DNA of 63,907 nt, counting the filler, from Circinaria calcarea (taxonomy: Eukaryota): assembly GCA_051942165.1 (NCBI GenBank). It is 9 parts of 9 records of this genome, joined end to end, with 100 filler letters (N's around TTAATTAATTAA, not from the genome) between each part and the next. Parts side by side here need not be neighbours in the genome. Positions count along the whole stretch, not along the records: positions 1 to 7,032 come from JAVECS010001428.1; positions 7,133 to 14,154 come from JAVECS010001429.1; 7 more parts are not named here. One strand, 5' to 3'. Shown here piece after piece: positions 1 to 11,963 of the stretch (position 1 is its first letter; every line of letters starts with the position of its first letter). A model generated the notes under the pieces. It saw only the letters and a list, made by a program, of their open reading frames with translations. It did no database searches and was not told the DNA's origin. Made by a program: the position numbers and the translations under genes.

Positions 1-42
1 GGCACCTTGGCCGTGTTCGTTTGTGCTGCTCATGGTGCTCAT
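1..42 (-). CDS. 5' end of a small hydrophilic protein (MSTMSSTNEHGQGA...), cut by the window/contig end
   Basis: The minus strand reads CCACC-ATG-AGC-ACC-ATG-AGC-AGC-ACA-AAC-GAA-CAC-GGC-CAA-GGT-GCC. It is preceded by a CA-rich leader (about 45-150) and a TATATA element at about 168-173, typical of a highly expressed fungal gene. Confidence 0.45.
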   Translation of the reverse strand, partial: MSTMSSTNEHGQGA

Positions 43-931
43 GGTGGATGGCTTAAAAGATAACTTGGTGGATTGGTGGATGAATTGAGTTTGTTTGTGG
101 AGTTTGAGGAGATTCTGATGTTTGATGGAGGACCTGATGGAATTTTGAAGAGGAAGCATGACGGGATCTATATAGCAAAGTCTTTGAAGCACTTGTGCGG
201 GGGAGAGTTGCCGTCACATGCTCATCTTATGCGTGAGTGAAAAGTGGTGACGTGAGTTAAAGGAAAGGAAGACGGAAAAGTCGGGCACCTCCTTCCGTTC
301 CAACGAGGCCCAAGCAGTCATAGGCCCACTCTCCGTGGTCGCAGCAGATCCTTGGGATCATCGATGACATCTACATCTTCATCTTTGGAAGCGGGCCAAG
401 GCTGTGATTTGTGGAGTGATGTGAATACGCCATCGTGCATTTGCCCGGGTTGGTGATGAAATGTTTACGGATGACGAACCCCTCGACAGGAAGATGCATA
501 CCGGGGGTCGGAGCTTGATCGCTCCCGAAGACGAGGACGGAGGCCTCTCCTAAAAGACGCTAAGGGCTCTTGGCGGAAATGATGTTTGGACAGTGGATTC
601 GCCACCCATTACCATAATTGCTCCGGCAGATCACGAATCGTGTGCCTGCGCCCAACGGAGTCATGGAAAAGGCATGCGATTGGGTTTTAGACAGGCTAAC
701 ACGGACCTATCCCCGAAGACACTCTCATCCACTCGTCCGTGGTTATCAAGCTTCTCCCCCCATGGAGAAATCGAGGGGACATTCCCCGGTCCTACTGCAC
801 CTGCTTATTGTCGCCACAAGCTACGTGCAATTCCGTGGTTGGTATAGTGGCACGGCGGATCGTGCTAAAGGCTCGGAATCAATCCTCTCTGGTCAGCGTA
901 CTGCATTCCTTCGATCTTGATGTCATTACGG

Positions 932-1037
932 ATCTGTTCTCAGGCCTCGCGCTATCCGGACTTTCATCAATGCATTTTTAGCGAATCTGTTCTCAGGCCT
1001 CGCGCTATCTAGACTTTCATCGATGCATTTTTAGCGA
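932..1037. repeat. 53-bp tandem duplication (2 copies, 3 mismatches)
   Basis: ATCTGTTCTCAGGCCTCGCGCTATC(CG/TA)GACTTTCATC(A/G)ATGCATTTTTAGCGA occurs at 932-984 and again at 985-1037. Confidence 0.95.
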
Positions 1038-3519
1038 ATAACCTCATCATTAATCGTACAGCTGCTGCTGCTTGTGATGCCACTCCGAGAATACATCCGG
1101 CCCTAAAGGCAGAGTCTCCAGGCGATACCCTATGGTTCTCTTTCAATGTGGATACTGAGGAACAACGGAATTGGTAGAATGCAAGAATAACCATTGGATA
1201 TGCAGAAGCCTACCGGCCCACTGGTTGGCTAGCTTCTCAGCAGACCTGAGTATCCCTATGGTAGATACAAGAAGACCGTGGACAGGAAAGGAAGGTAGAT
1301 GATGTATCCCCGATTTAGTCGGACCATTGTCATCTCAAGAGCTCTTACTATCATATTCAATGAAATAGAGCTTGCATAAGTGATAATACGCTCTATTACC
1401 CAGCAGGATCTTTTCATGAGACAGCATATCATACTGATGGTTCGCTCGGTGTCAATATCATTATACTTTTCCAAAACCTCAAGACTCGCACTGTTACCAC
1501 CTTTTGCACTCCACACACGCCAAATATCGGAGAGTGCAGCTTAGCAAGCTGATATAGCTTTCCCTACTTCTTTCACTCCAGCGCAAGGCCTTCGGACTAG
1601 TTCCTGATAATCCACGACTGGAGATATAGGGTACCATACAGTCGTCTCTTCAGCTTCACTATATTGCAGGTGGTAGTGTCCGTATGAGTCATCTCATTCC
1701 CCTTGCAATAAGCCTCATTCGCCTAAGATGGACGCAATAGATAGCTCAGGAGATCTTTGCACTTCCCAATTGACTCGGCTTACGAAAAAGCCATACGTCA
1801 AACGACAATCAGATATCGACGGTTACCAATTTTCCATAAGCCTGTACCACCAATGTTTACACAATAGCGCCTCTCCCTATCTCGTCGACGTTTGGAATCT
1901 TTACAGACTAGTGTTTATTAAAGGTCTACTACCTATTAATCCTTTTCGTCCTATCTTAATGAGGCATGTCATGTCGTTCGTCTGCACCTTCTGAGCTGTA
2001 GGCGTGGGTGTGAGGTTGCAGGTGTCTGGCAAACATAAACGCAAACCTTCATATCATTATTCCGTAATGCCTTCATGGGTCTAGCAATGGGACCTATTCT
2101 CCTGTCCTATGCTTTCATATTGGTTGTTGAGAAGATTGCCAGGTGAGTTTTGGATAGAATACTGATCGAGCCTAAACATGTTCATTAGATTAGTGGTGGG
2201 ATGTGAGTTAGTACCCACTTTGCAGTTAAGGCAATCCTCGTCTCAGCCATAAGGCGGACATATGCTTCGAGTAGCCTGCTCCCTTCGCTACAGCCTTTTT
2301 CACTTATGTACCATGCCTAGCCCAGGTTCCGCTGATCTGCTGCATCAGCCTAAACAGATGGTACGGCTGACGTATAGAAATGCCTGCAGTTCTCAGATGC
2401 TGTATCAGGAGTCTAGGACCGTTCTCCATTCCTGTGGAAGCGGAATATGGGGGCTCGGTCTTTATCATGGTTGGAAGCAGTACGGGGAGTCTTGCATGAA
2501 GGCATAGATCATTCGTACTTTGGTTTCCCTTTACATCGGGATCATATGGTCCGGCTGACTTTGAAATAGACATTTAGGGGATCGACGCCCCAGCCGGAGA
2601 TTCACTATTCTAAGGCATACAACTTCTCAGCCTTTTTGTCTATCATGGACACACGTGGAACATTATCCGAGACCGAGAAAGCTTACGTTAATAATGCGTA
2701 TCTCAACAATCTTTGCTATGGATGCTGGAATACGGAAGCTGATGCCAGATCTAGCACAGTATCCCTTTAATAAACCCTACCTATATAATCTCCACAATCT
2801 CAGCATTGCAATCTCTCGATGGTAGTCTCGATTTATCACGAGGCTGAGTCCATCTCTTGTGGATGTGGCCTTCCTCTGCATTCTTGACTTTACAGCCTCC
2901 GTTATCGTGCACTCTAGCCTCGCAAGCTTCAAGTCTGACAGTCACAATGTTTCTATTAGGAAAGGGCGGCCTGGGCTTGAAACCAGTAAAAGTGCATTAG
3001 TGTGGCGTGGTTTTTACCAGCGTTACTTCGAATATTCTGGCGCGTGATTCGTGCAACTTGACAATTGTTGCATATAATGACCAATCAAGAATAGGATACT
3101 ATCCAAATCAAGCATTATGCAGCAGCATTACATCATAAAATTCACGTGCCCCTGCGGCGTTTCTTCTTGCATTGGCTAAGATGTGACCATATATGCCTTG
3201 AGACGTTTGCCCCGGGTAACACAACACATTGGTTCCTAAGGTTGGTCGGAGCGCATCCCAAAGATAACCCATTGCCGGCTCTCCTGAGGATACACGGAGC
3301 AATATGTCCTATCATGGACGACAAGCAAAACAGTGTCTGCATGCAGCAATGTTCATTGCATGCCTTGCCGCATGCTGTGACACGCACCCAAGAGTTTCCC
3401 TCTGTAACGAGGCCGGCTCAGAAATCTGTCCTCAATTATTTTACTCTAGATTCAAATACCTCTGGGGCCCTCTCGACGCGCTCAAGTGAAGAGAATTAAG
3501 TCATCTCTAAACCATACCG

Positions 3520-6334
3520 ATGGCTGACCCTCTCTCCGGCATTGCAAGCGTCGTTACCATTCTCGACACCGGGGCAAAGTGTGCCAAGCATCTTCGTCGC
3601 CTTGTTCAAGACTTTCGACATGCCGATGATGAGCTGACAGCTCTATCAAACGAAACCAACGATCTTAACGTTGTCCTGACAGAAGTGGAACGTGCAGGCC
3701 ATGCCATCAAGAACGCAGGAAATCTTCCACAGACTCAAGTCATCGATGCACTAAGTACACAGCTTGATCGAGCACGAAGGAAGCTGACTGAATTGGAATC
3801 GCTGACAAAACTGCTCCTACCCCCGGGAAGCATCAAAGCCGATAAGATTGCGTGGATAAGAAAGAAGGCAACAGCTAGGAGGTTACAGGTGGACTTGAGA
3901 GATGTGAGGCAGAGCCTCCATGCCTTGCTTGATACTACTACTGCGTAAGTGTCGTTGCTATGAACAGGCAATATACAATCTCTTTATTAACACGAATCAA
4001 CATACACATTACTCAGTATAAATTTCTCTTCGACTCAGAAAGATGTGTCCAAGTTTACACACTTTGAATGCCGAGTTCCCCGCCCCTTTATCGTTATCAG
4101 GGAGGTTCTCTTTCGAGCATTTCTATCACCTTCACATCGCGAAGCCTTAAAATGGCTAAAGTGACAGGGGAGGCGCCCTATAGCACATCGAAGCAACATG
4201 CTAAGACTTTTGGCTCGATCACACGGAAGCATATAGTCTATTCACCCTTAATGGAGTCATTCTAAAGGCTCAGCTGATTATAGATTAGTGCCGGGTCGGT
4301 GAGAATAGAACTGAGCCTAGGGGCTCTACAGACAACATCCACACAGCATCAGAACACTCTACTCTCCAGGTTTGACCACGCTTCCAACGAACAAGAGATT
4401 CAACGTACAGCTCTAGAACAGCTAATACAACAATCGTTTACGCACATCCAAACAGAGCTTTCACAACATCGCCAAGACACGAGCATAATGCTAGACCAAG
4501 TCTCCGCACAAGTGATGGAGAATAACCTTCTGTTAAACAGAGAACCCAGGAGAGCTGCCAGCGTGGAATTGGATGCAGAAAATGCCGACCAGGTGAATCT
4601 ACTTCGAGTAACTGGAGGGCACCAGAGCAATCTAACATCACTTAGACTCTACACTCGCAAAATACTTACCAAGGAGCCCAAACGATCCGGTTTTCTATGT
4701 TCCGATCATGGAAATGCCAGAGTGGTTGTGACTGTATCTGCCATAAGCGCAGACGATTTAAGACACCGCAGCTGCTTAGCAAGATCCTTGGTACCCTGTT
4801 TGGGGGATATTCAGGGCTTCCCGTAGTCAGCTTCAAGTGCGATCATGTTCACTGCCAAAGACATTCATCCCGTTATGTTGAAGCAACTTATCTGTTCCCA
4901 GATTGGTTTCTCGCAAGGGCTGTGTATCTGGTGGTGGGCACCCCCTATATGAGTGATCCAGTGTTCGGATTAGTAGTGCGCAGAAGAATCGATTACGGTT
5001 CTGAGAACAATATTTTTCAGATGGCCCAGGTAGGGAATTCAGTGGGCATCAAATCTCTGCTTGAAAGTCGCAAGGGATCTCCAAATGACGTTGAAATTGA
5101 TAATGGAAGTACAGCACTCACCGTAAGAAATCTTTTACGCTCACATAATCAGGATGCAGTTGACGCTAGTTTCAGTACGCAATTGGTCAGTTGCAATTTG
5201 AATCCATCTCAGTTCTACTTGCAGCTGGAGCAGATTCGCACATTGAAGATAACAGAGGCTTGTGAGTTGTTCAATATGCATACCCGCTACCCTTGATGGT
5301 TAGGGAACTGATGATTATCTGATTATAGTTCTCCAATACAACTGGCCGGATTGAGTATAGTGGCGAAAAGGGGTACGCCGCAACGACTCCGAAAGCTGGA
5401 GGAATTCTTCCCACTCTCTGCTGCTATAGAAGAATGGGAGTTTCAGCATGTGCATAAAATTGTTCTGGGTATCCTCAGCTTGAATCTCGAGGCGGAGCTG
5501 CAAAAGCCTATCCACAGATCTGAAATTGATGCCACTGATTCCAAAGGCCAAACTGCTCTGCACTGGGCTGTGCAAAGACCTGATGATACGGCCGTACAGC
5601 TTTTGTTGCAAAATGGAGCAAATCCAACTGCACGACGCGGTGACGAACGTACTCCACTTCATCTTTCGGGATCGCTACGTTGTACAGAACTACTGCTCAT
5701 GGCTGGTGCTGATGTCCATGCTGCTGACATGTTTGGAGATCAGGTACTTCATCGTGCTTGTTATTCTTACCATCATGACTTAGCCATAGTCAAGGCCCTG
5801 GTAATGGCTGGAGCCTCCGTTTCCAGCCGGAACAGCCATGGTTTCTCAGTACTTAGCTATTCTATCCAGGCAAAAACATGCCCTATTGTTGCATTCTTAA
5901 TTCAGCAAGGTGCCAATATCAATGAAGTTGATCCCGATGGGGATACGCCTTTGTTTAACGCCCTTATTGATGGAAATTCTGAATGCATCGAATTACTGCT
6001 CTCGGAAGGAGCTGACTACAGGACCATCAACAAAGCTGGTGATACAGTACTACATATAACTGCGATATTTGGCGGTGCTCGATCTATTCAGGTCCTCATC
6101 CGTGCCGCACTACGAGGTGTAGACACTGAGGCCAAAGACTTGAAAGGCAGGACTGCGAGACAAGCCCTTGACCAGCGACACAGTATCCCTGAAGGATTCG
6201 TTGAAGCATTCGAGGAACTACTTCGGAGAGTCCAAGAAGCAAACGAGTCTCCGATTGTTGAAGAGGTGGACGAGGCTGAAGAGGATGAATTCGTCGAGGC
6301 ATTAGAGAGTCAGGATGTGGACATATCGACTTGA
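3520..6334 (+). CDS. Ankyrin-repeat protein with N-terminal HeLo-like (fungal STAND N-terminal type) helical domain and a CxCxCH/YxFPxW region; 5 exons
   Basis: Exon 1 (MADPLSGIASVVTIL...DELTALSNE...IAWIRKK) is typical of HeLo-like N-termini. In-frame introns lie at 3945-4288, 4593-4645, about 5123-5175 and about 5263-5328. The CQSGCDCICH and YLFPDWFL motifs are present. Ankyrin repeats include GQTALHWA, RTPLHL, GDQVLHRA, GDTPLFNA and GDTVLHIT. The tail is acidic (EEDEFVEALE). Confidence 0.85.
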
Positions 6335-7032
6335 ACAAGTAACTACCAGACACGAAACCGCTCCGAATTCTACGGTTCTAGAAACATCCAGGAAGCTGAT
6401 GTTGGGCAGCAGAATGTATGGTGGCATTGCTACCTGAGTATGTAACTTAGGAACTATCTATGCTACGAAAAAGTGCTTTTATGGAGTGTAGAGAGTGTTG
6501 AGCATGAACCTCCTAGCAACACATGCTCGGTAAGCCCTATGACTTCCAACAGCTGACATGAGAAGAAGGGAGGAGGCAAGGACCGTGGGCAACTTAGCAA
6601 ATTGATGGATAATGTGCACCCAGGGCATTTAAATGTGTTGGAAGTCTCCCAGCCTATCTCTTTCCTTAGTTAATTAGATCTCAAACATTATCTTCCAGCC
6701 GTCTTTCGAAATTCCGAACCAGCTGAGCTTATCAAAAGGAGTCGACATCCCGTTCGTTGAAAGCACACCGATATGACCTCCAAGAAGTTGCTGTTTTATT
6801 ACTCACAATCTCATAAAACCCTCATTGACATCATCCGAATCACGTTCCTCGTCTTCAACTATCTACAAGCCATATAACACTAGCGTACAAGACCAGAGCC
6901 ACCATGCCCCCCCTGCTTGCAGCATACCCATCAATGACATCTAATCAAGCCGATTTGACTTGCAGCATCATCAGCTTCCACCCTATCTCCTTCACAATCT
7001 GCGCCAACCCCCAGCATCCATCCCCCTAGGTC

Positions 7033-7132
7033 NNNNNNNNNNNNNNNNNNNNNNNNNNNNNNNNNNNNNNNNNNNNTTAATTAATTAANNNNNNNNNNNN
7101 NNNNNNNNNNNNNNNNNNNNNNNNNNNNNNNN
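7033..7132. other. Artificial contig spacer
   Basis: 44 N + TTAATTAATTAA (stops in all six frames) + 44 N. Confidence 0.98.
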
Positions 7133-7134
7133 AC

Positions 7135-7995
7135 CCCCAGATCGTATGCCTGCAAGAAGTCAAAATTGCCCGCAAAGACACCAAAACGCAAAATGCCGTT
7201 TCCACTGCCGTCAGAGCAACCCTTGTTGGTTCTACAGCTACAGAAAGGAGCGGAGAAGGAGAGAAGGAGCCGGGGTACATAGCACGGTTTGGGTTGCCAC
7301 GGGATAAGTATAATGCTAGGGGATTCGGAGGTAAGGTGTATGGTGTCTGTACACTTGTTCGGAAAGATTTCATGGAAAGGGCATGCGAGGACGGACCGGT
7401 GCAGGAGCTGGATTGGGATCTAGAGGGGAGGGTGCTGAAGTTGGAATTACGCAAGCGGAAATTGGTGGTGTTCAACGTCTACGCTGTCAACGGGACGGAA
7501 AATGCCTGGAGAGATTCCAAGACGGGAGAGGTGCTCGGGACAAGATTCGACCGCAAACGTGCTTTTCACACCACACTGGCATCTGAATGCGCGGCATACG
7601 AAGCCAGAGGTTGGCAGGTTGTGATAGCGGGAGACATGAATGTTGCGCGGAGTCCTCTGGACGGGTTTCCGGGACGTCGGGCCGGCGAACAGCATGTTCG
7701 GAGTCGGCAGGACTTTGAGATAAAGTTTATGGGCGGGGGATTGGGAATGAGGGATTCTTATCGGGAGGTGAGAGGGAATGAAAGAAAGTACTCGTACAGG
7801 TCCAGGGTGGTGGAATGGGGGGTTTCGTGTGATCGGGTGGATCTGATCTTGGTGTCTCGAGGTCTGCGCGGGCTGGTGGAAGCGGATATCTTGGATAATG
7901 AGACGGAGAGAGGGCCGAGTGATCATTGCCCGCTGTACATCACTTTGGATCTGGAAAGCGAGGAGGAACAGGAAGGGGGGTGCAGGGAAGCCTGA
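7135..7995 (+). CDS. Exonuclease III / AP-endonuclease-like EEP family enzyme, 5'-truncated
   Basis: The frame is open from the contig start and carries the EEP catalytic motif set: PQIVCLQEVK, NVYAVNG, IAGDMNVA, DRVDLIL, GPSDHCPL. Confidence 0.9.
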   Translation, partial: PQIVCLQEVKIARKDTKTQNAVSTAVRATLVGSTATERSGEGEKEPGYIARFGLPRDKYNARGFGGKVYGVCTLVRKDFMERACEDGPVQELDWDLEGRVLKLELRKRKLVVFNVYAVNGTENAWRDSKTGEVLGTRFDRKRAFHTTLASECAAYEARGWQVVIAGDMNVARSPLDGFPGRRAGEQHVRSRQDFEIKFMGGGLGMRDSYREVRGNERKYSYRSRVVEWGVSCDRVDLILVSRGLRGLVEADILDNETERGPSDHCPLYITLDLESEEEQEGGCREA

Positions 7996-9071
7996 AATCA
8001 GCCAAAATGATTCCTTCACTCTTTGAGCAACGAGAGTGCCTGTATTGTATATGTTATCGTGGGTGAGGCTTATTAACCTTGCCTATAGAAGTCTAACATA
8101 GAGCACGCTCACAACCTGGATAGCTACCGCCGAATCACAAATTTCACAAGCACCCCCAGTGGACGGCCGGCAAAAGTGGTATTTTCAGGCCAGTGTCACG
8201 ACACTTCATGCCAGATACCATTAGTGCATATCCGCACCGTTTATCTAGGCAGGACCCAGTTTCCCACCAGCCCGTCAAAAGACAAAGGTAAAGGGTATTG
8301 CACAAAGACTCGGTATTTCTATCCCCCAGTCAACCGAATTTTACCAAAGCAAACTGTAGAAATATTTCCAGTCAGTAAGGTAGGCAGGGAAACAAAATCG
8401 CTGGACCTTTTTATTTTTATTTTTTTTATAAGGAGATCCGAATTAGGCTTAGCGCTTCCGCCTCTTTAGTCTCCTGCCCTATTCTGTTGTGTCTGCCTCA
8501 GCCTCGACGTTGGACGATGTTTCCCTTTTGGCTTAATAGCCGTATTAGGGTTAGTTTCCGGAGGGCTGTTCCGGAACACCTTTGGCGTACCCCAAATATC
8601 CCATCCCATAGGGATTCCAAAAAACCGGGGGCGGATATGGTAAAGTAGGTTGTGGAAGGCTGTCGAGCTCGTTGGTTGTAATTCTACAACGGAGCTATGT
8701 TATGTTTGTTTGTTAGTGGACCGGTTCTGGCCAAATATACGGAGGGGCGGATTCCGCGTGAGCATGTGTAGGCCTACCACCTGGCCTTTTTCGCTGTTAG
8801 GCTTAAGGTATCGGTGCCGGGCTCACATACATTACAAACCTCTTGCAAGATTTAGCTAAAACCCCTAACTTGAGAAAAGTAAAAGGGTTCTGCACGCGGA
8901 GAAAGGAAATTACTGGCTCTAATTTGACCGAGTTGCAGAGTCGAGCTCTGGAGGCAAGATTATTAAAATCCGCAAGCCTTCATCTTCATGTTTACTTAGC
9001 GAGAGGGAGTCACTTGAAAGGTTCTGTCAATAATTTTTAGAGATAGTAATACAGCCGCATCGGTATTACTA

Positions 9072-11963
9072 CTATAGACCCGGCCTTCCCGAAGTGCACC
9101 TCGCGCATATCGAGTGAGCACATGTGGGGCACCGATCTGGACTATTAGCCAACAGGTTTTCACTCCTACACGAGCAGCAAATCCAAACGTAACCATCAGA
9201 AATATCTACCGTTCGCTCCTCCCGAGGGCGCTCCAGGTCAGGATCTAATCCGATATGCGATTCCATTTCTTGCAGTTCATCTTGCCATTGGGCGAGTCTT
9301 GCTTCGTCTATATTCCTCTCGCTAACGAACTTTCTGGAGTCCAGCTCCGGAGGGGCATTGATGTAATCCGGAGGGGAATTGATTGTACTGGCTTCTTGAT
9401 TCCTCAAGTCCATTATACTCTTCTCAGATCTCCAACCAATTACCCATAAGTGTTTAAAAATCCCAAGCTCTAATTCATCGGTGTTTCCAGATCCAGTTTG
9501 TAATTCTAGGCTCTCTGGCGATGGTCCAAATGACCGAGTTTCCACGGAATCGTCTCTGATCTTGGGTTCTGGTAAGCTTTCATCATGAAAGCGGCAATTC
9601 TGGGAGCATCCCTTGCTGCAGTGTATAAGCATTTATCTAAGCATTCAAGATGGGGTTGAATACCAGTAATAAGAGGATTGGTCTTCTTCAAATTGGGCGT
9701 GGCATGTCGGACATTGCTTGGACTCTGCAGTCTTGACTGTTGCAGACATAATCAGGTATGCCCCATCTGATGCAATATGGCTCCAAGTTTCATCCGTGAT
9801 ATTGGTGCTGAGATCTAACGCGCTACCAATCCTATACTCGTTTTTGTCGATTTTGGGTCCGCCTGGTCCAGCTCGATACTCACAGCGGATAAACGTATCG
9901 AAAACCTAGGGATTTTAAGTAGGTGATAGTGTAGAGAATTATTAACTTGCACATACCTGAAAATGTTGGAAATAGGTCATATCGAATGACCGCACTTTCC
10001 CATAGAAATCTTCAAAGCGTATACCTTGCCTAATTGGCGTGTAGGGAAGTACAGCCGGAATGAATTGCATAAGGATGCGAAGGCGTCCCTGCAAAAACAG
10101 TCTTAGGCCATCAGCTAGTTGCTCATTCTATATCGGGATGAGGGTTAGAACCCACAACAATCGATAGCGATATTTCTCTTCTAAACATTCATGGATGGTT
10201 GTGCTAGTTTTATTTTAAATTTAGTAATATGTCTCTCTAGATGGATGACTTACCTAGTTTTGAGACTTGCTCTTATATGATCGATAATCCTGATCAAAAT
10301 TCTGCTGATCCAAGTGTAAATATTTGGGGGTATTCGAGTTCTATCTTGTGACGAATCTGGCGGAGATCTAGGCGAAACTCCCGAAGCACCTTCACGATCA
10401 GTCTGCTGATTCCTAATGCACGTAAGTAATTCTTGCAGTGGTGACAGAACTTCTTCAGTCTTTTTTTGCAAGACCTCAGAAACTATTTCCTCCATGCGCC
10501 TTGAGAAGAAATGTTCCTTCATTCTTGCTGCAGCCTGGTGATGTAAAGGCCGTTGACTGCTATTGGAGCTGTCGATATTAATGTCTAAGGGAGAAGGAGG
10601 TAGTGTGCAATCTACAATGTATGAGTTAGCTGGCTGCAAAGATATTGGAGGTTCTTTCTACGAGCATCATCGAGGCGATCATAATCGAAAGATCAATAAC
10701 TGCAATCGACTTATACTATAACTACCTACTTGGCACAGGCAGATTCTCGAGGCGCTCTGAGAGCTCTATGTCAAACTTGAGCCGCTCTGAAACTCTCTCA
10801 ACAGATACAGTCGCCAAATCAACAACTTGCTGGCATAATTTGGAGTAGTTCGGATCTCTCGTTGATGCGAATTTGCATAGCCCTTCGTGAGTAGCGGATA
10901 GTGGCATGCCTTTCTCATTCGGGAGTCCCATCACCGCAGCTCCCTGTTGCACTATCTAAACACATGTTACAATCATGTTTCTCTACCATTTGGGACACAT
11001 TCTTACCAATTGATCCCCTTCGGGAGGTGGTAGCCGAGTAGGTTTTGTTTCGAAGAAGGATCTTATCAGAAACGGACCAGAGATTTGCGAAAAGCTCTTC
11101 GTAGTGTCACGAAGTGTATCGGAAAACGGCTTTAGTTCTTTGAACAATGGTCCAATATTGTGCCTGAGACTCGCATGAGCGAGCAGCTTTCTGGTAATGA
11201 GCAGCCATGGATTGTTGACTTTGTCACTGCCATGGTGAGGTGTTCCTAGAAAAATTATGGCGGTTGAAGCATTTCGAATATAAGTGCAATATTCCTCATC
11301 CTGGGTGATGAGTGTCTTTGAACTTGCTTAGCGAGTGCCCTTGCTAATCGAAGTATAGTACTTGATAATGTTCTCAAGAATGAAAAGCATGAATGAAAGG
11401 TATCCAATGTATAGGGTAGATAGGTACAAGTGCGCTGATCTCAATTGAAGAACTTACTCGTTTGATAACTATCCCACCAAGAGAATGACCGATCCAAAGG
11501 ATGGGACGATCCTATTCCACCCGATCAGCAGTCTCCCATTACTATACTCCCTCGAGCAGTTGACAACCCACCTTGCATTTTCGGCGAAATGTCAGTAGCC
11601 CTCCTCGTAATCCATCTGCGTAATCCTCCACCCTGCTGGTATCTCTATCTTTGTAAAAATTCGCGTTGTAGCCATAGGTGAATATACGAGCTTTGGGCAG
11701 TGCTGTCTGTAGGAAGTCTTTGTCGGTCACCCAGTTTACGACCTCCTTGTTGGGTCCTTTAGCTTCCCAGGTGGTCCTCGAATCTCCGCCGAGTCCATGA
11801 ACTAGGACAACACTATTACCGACATATATCAGCCCTGTATCACACTAAACGTTTGCAGTATGAGGTGTTTGAGAAGGAAGGGAAACTCTGGATTATCATA
11901 CTCAATTTCCGTTCTATCCACAGGTCCATGAACTCTCAGTATTACTCCATCTTCTCTGTCCAT
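9072..11963 (-). CDS. Multi-exon protein: SesB-like alpha/beta hydrolase + ubiquitin-like domain + CxxC zinc ribbons
   Basis: Hand-spliced, it reads MDREDGVILRVHGPVDRTEID-VVLVHGLGGDSRTTW...ARIFTYGYNA...DRPILWIGHSLGGIVIKR...IIFLGTPHHGS...SFFETKPT...HEGLCKF. A linker follows, then IRFEDFYGKVRSFDMTYFQHFQVFDTFIRCEY...W...LIMS, CPTC...CKGC, and C-terminal WICCSC...CPTCAHSICARC. All junctions checked are GT..AG and phase-compatible. Confidence 0.7.

Noticed and set aside
1200..3400. Possible decayed gene on the minus strand (fragments such as VWYPISPVVDYQELVRRP and EKILLGNRAYYHLCKLY)
   Set aside because: The fragments are short and in different frames, and I cannot assign a family without a search.
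4593..4700. Apparent frameshift between ORFs 4299..4826 and 4697..5296
   Set aside because: Explained by a 53-nt intron (GTGAAT...CTAAC...TTAG, 4593-4645) that restores the frame.
8380..8990. TTAGGGTTAG / CCCTAAC telomere-like words in an AT-rich intergenic stretch
   Set aside because: Fewer than two full units each; not a telomeric array.
11505..11575. Apparent in-frame TAG before DRPILWIGHSLGG, suggesting a pseudogene
   Set aside because: The TAG is the intron acceptor (GCTGAT branch ... GAATAG).
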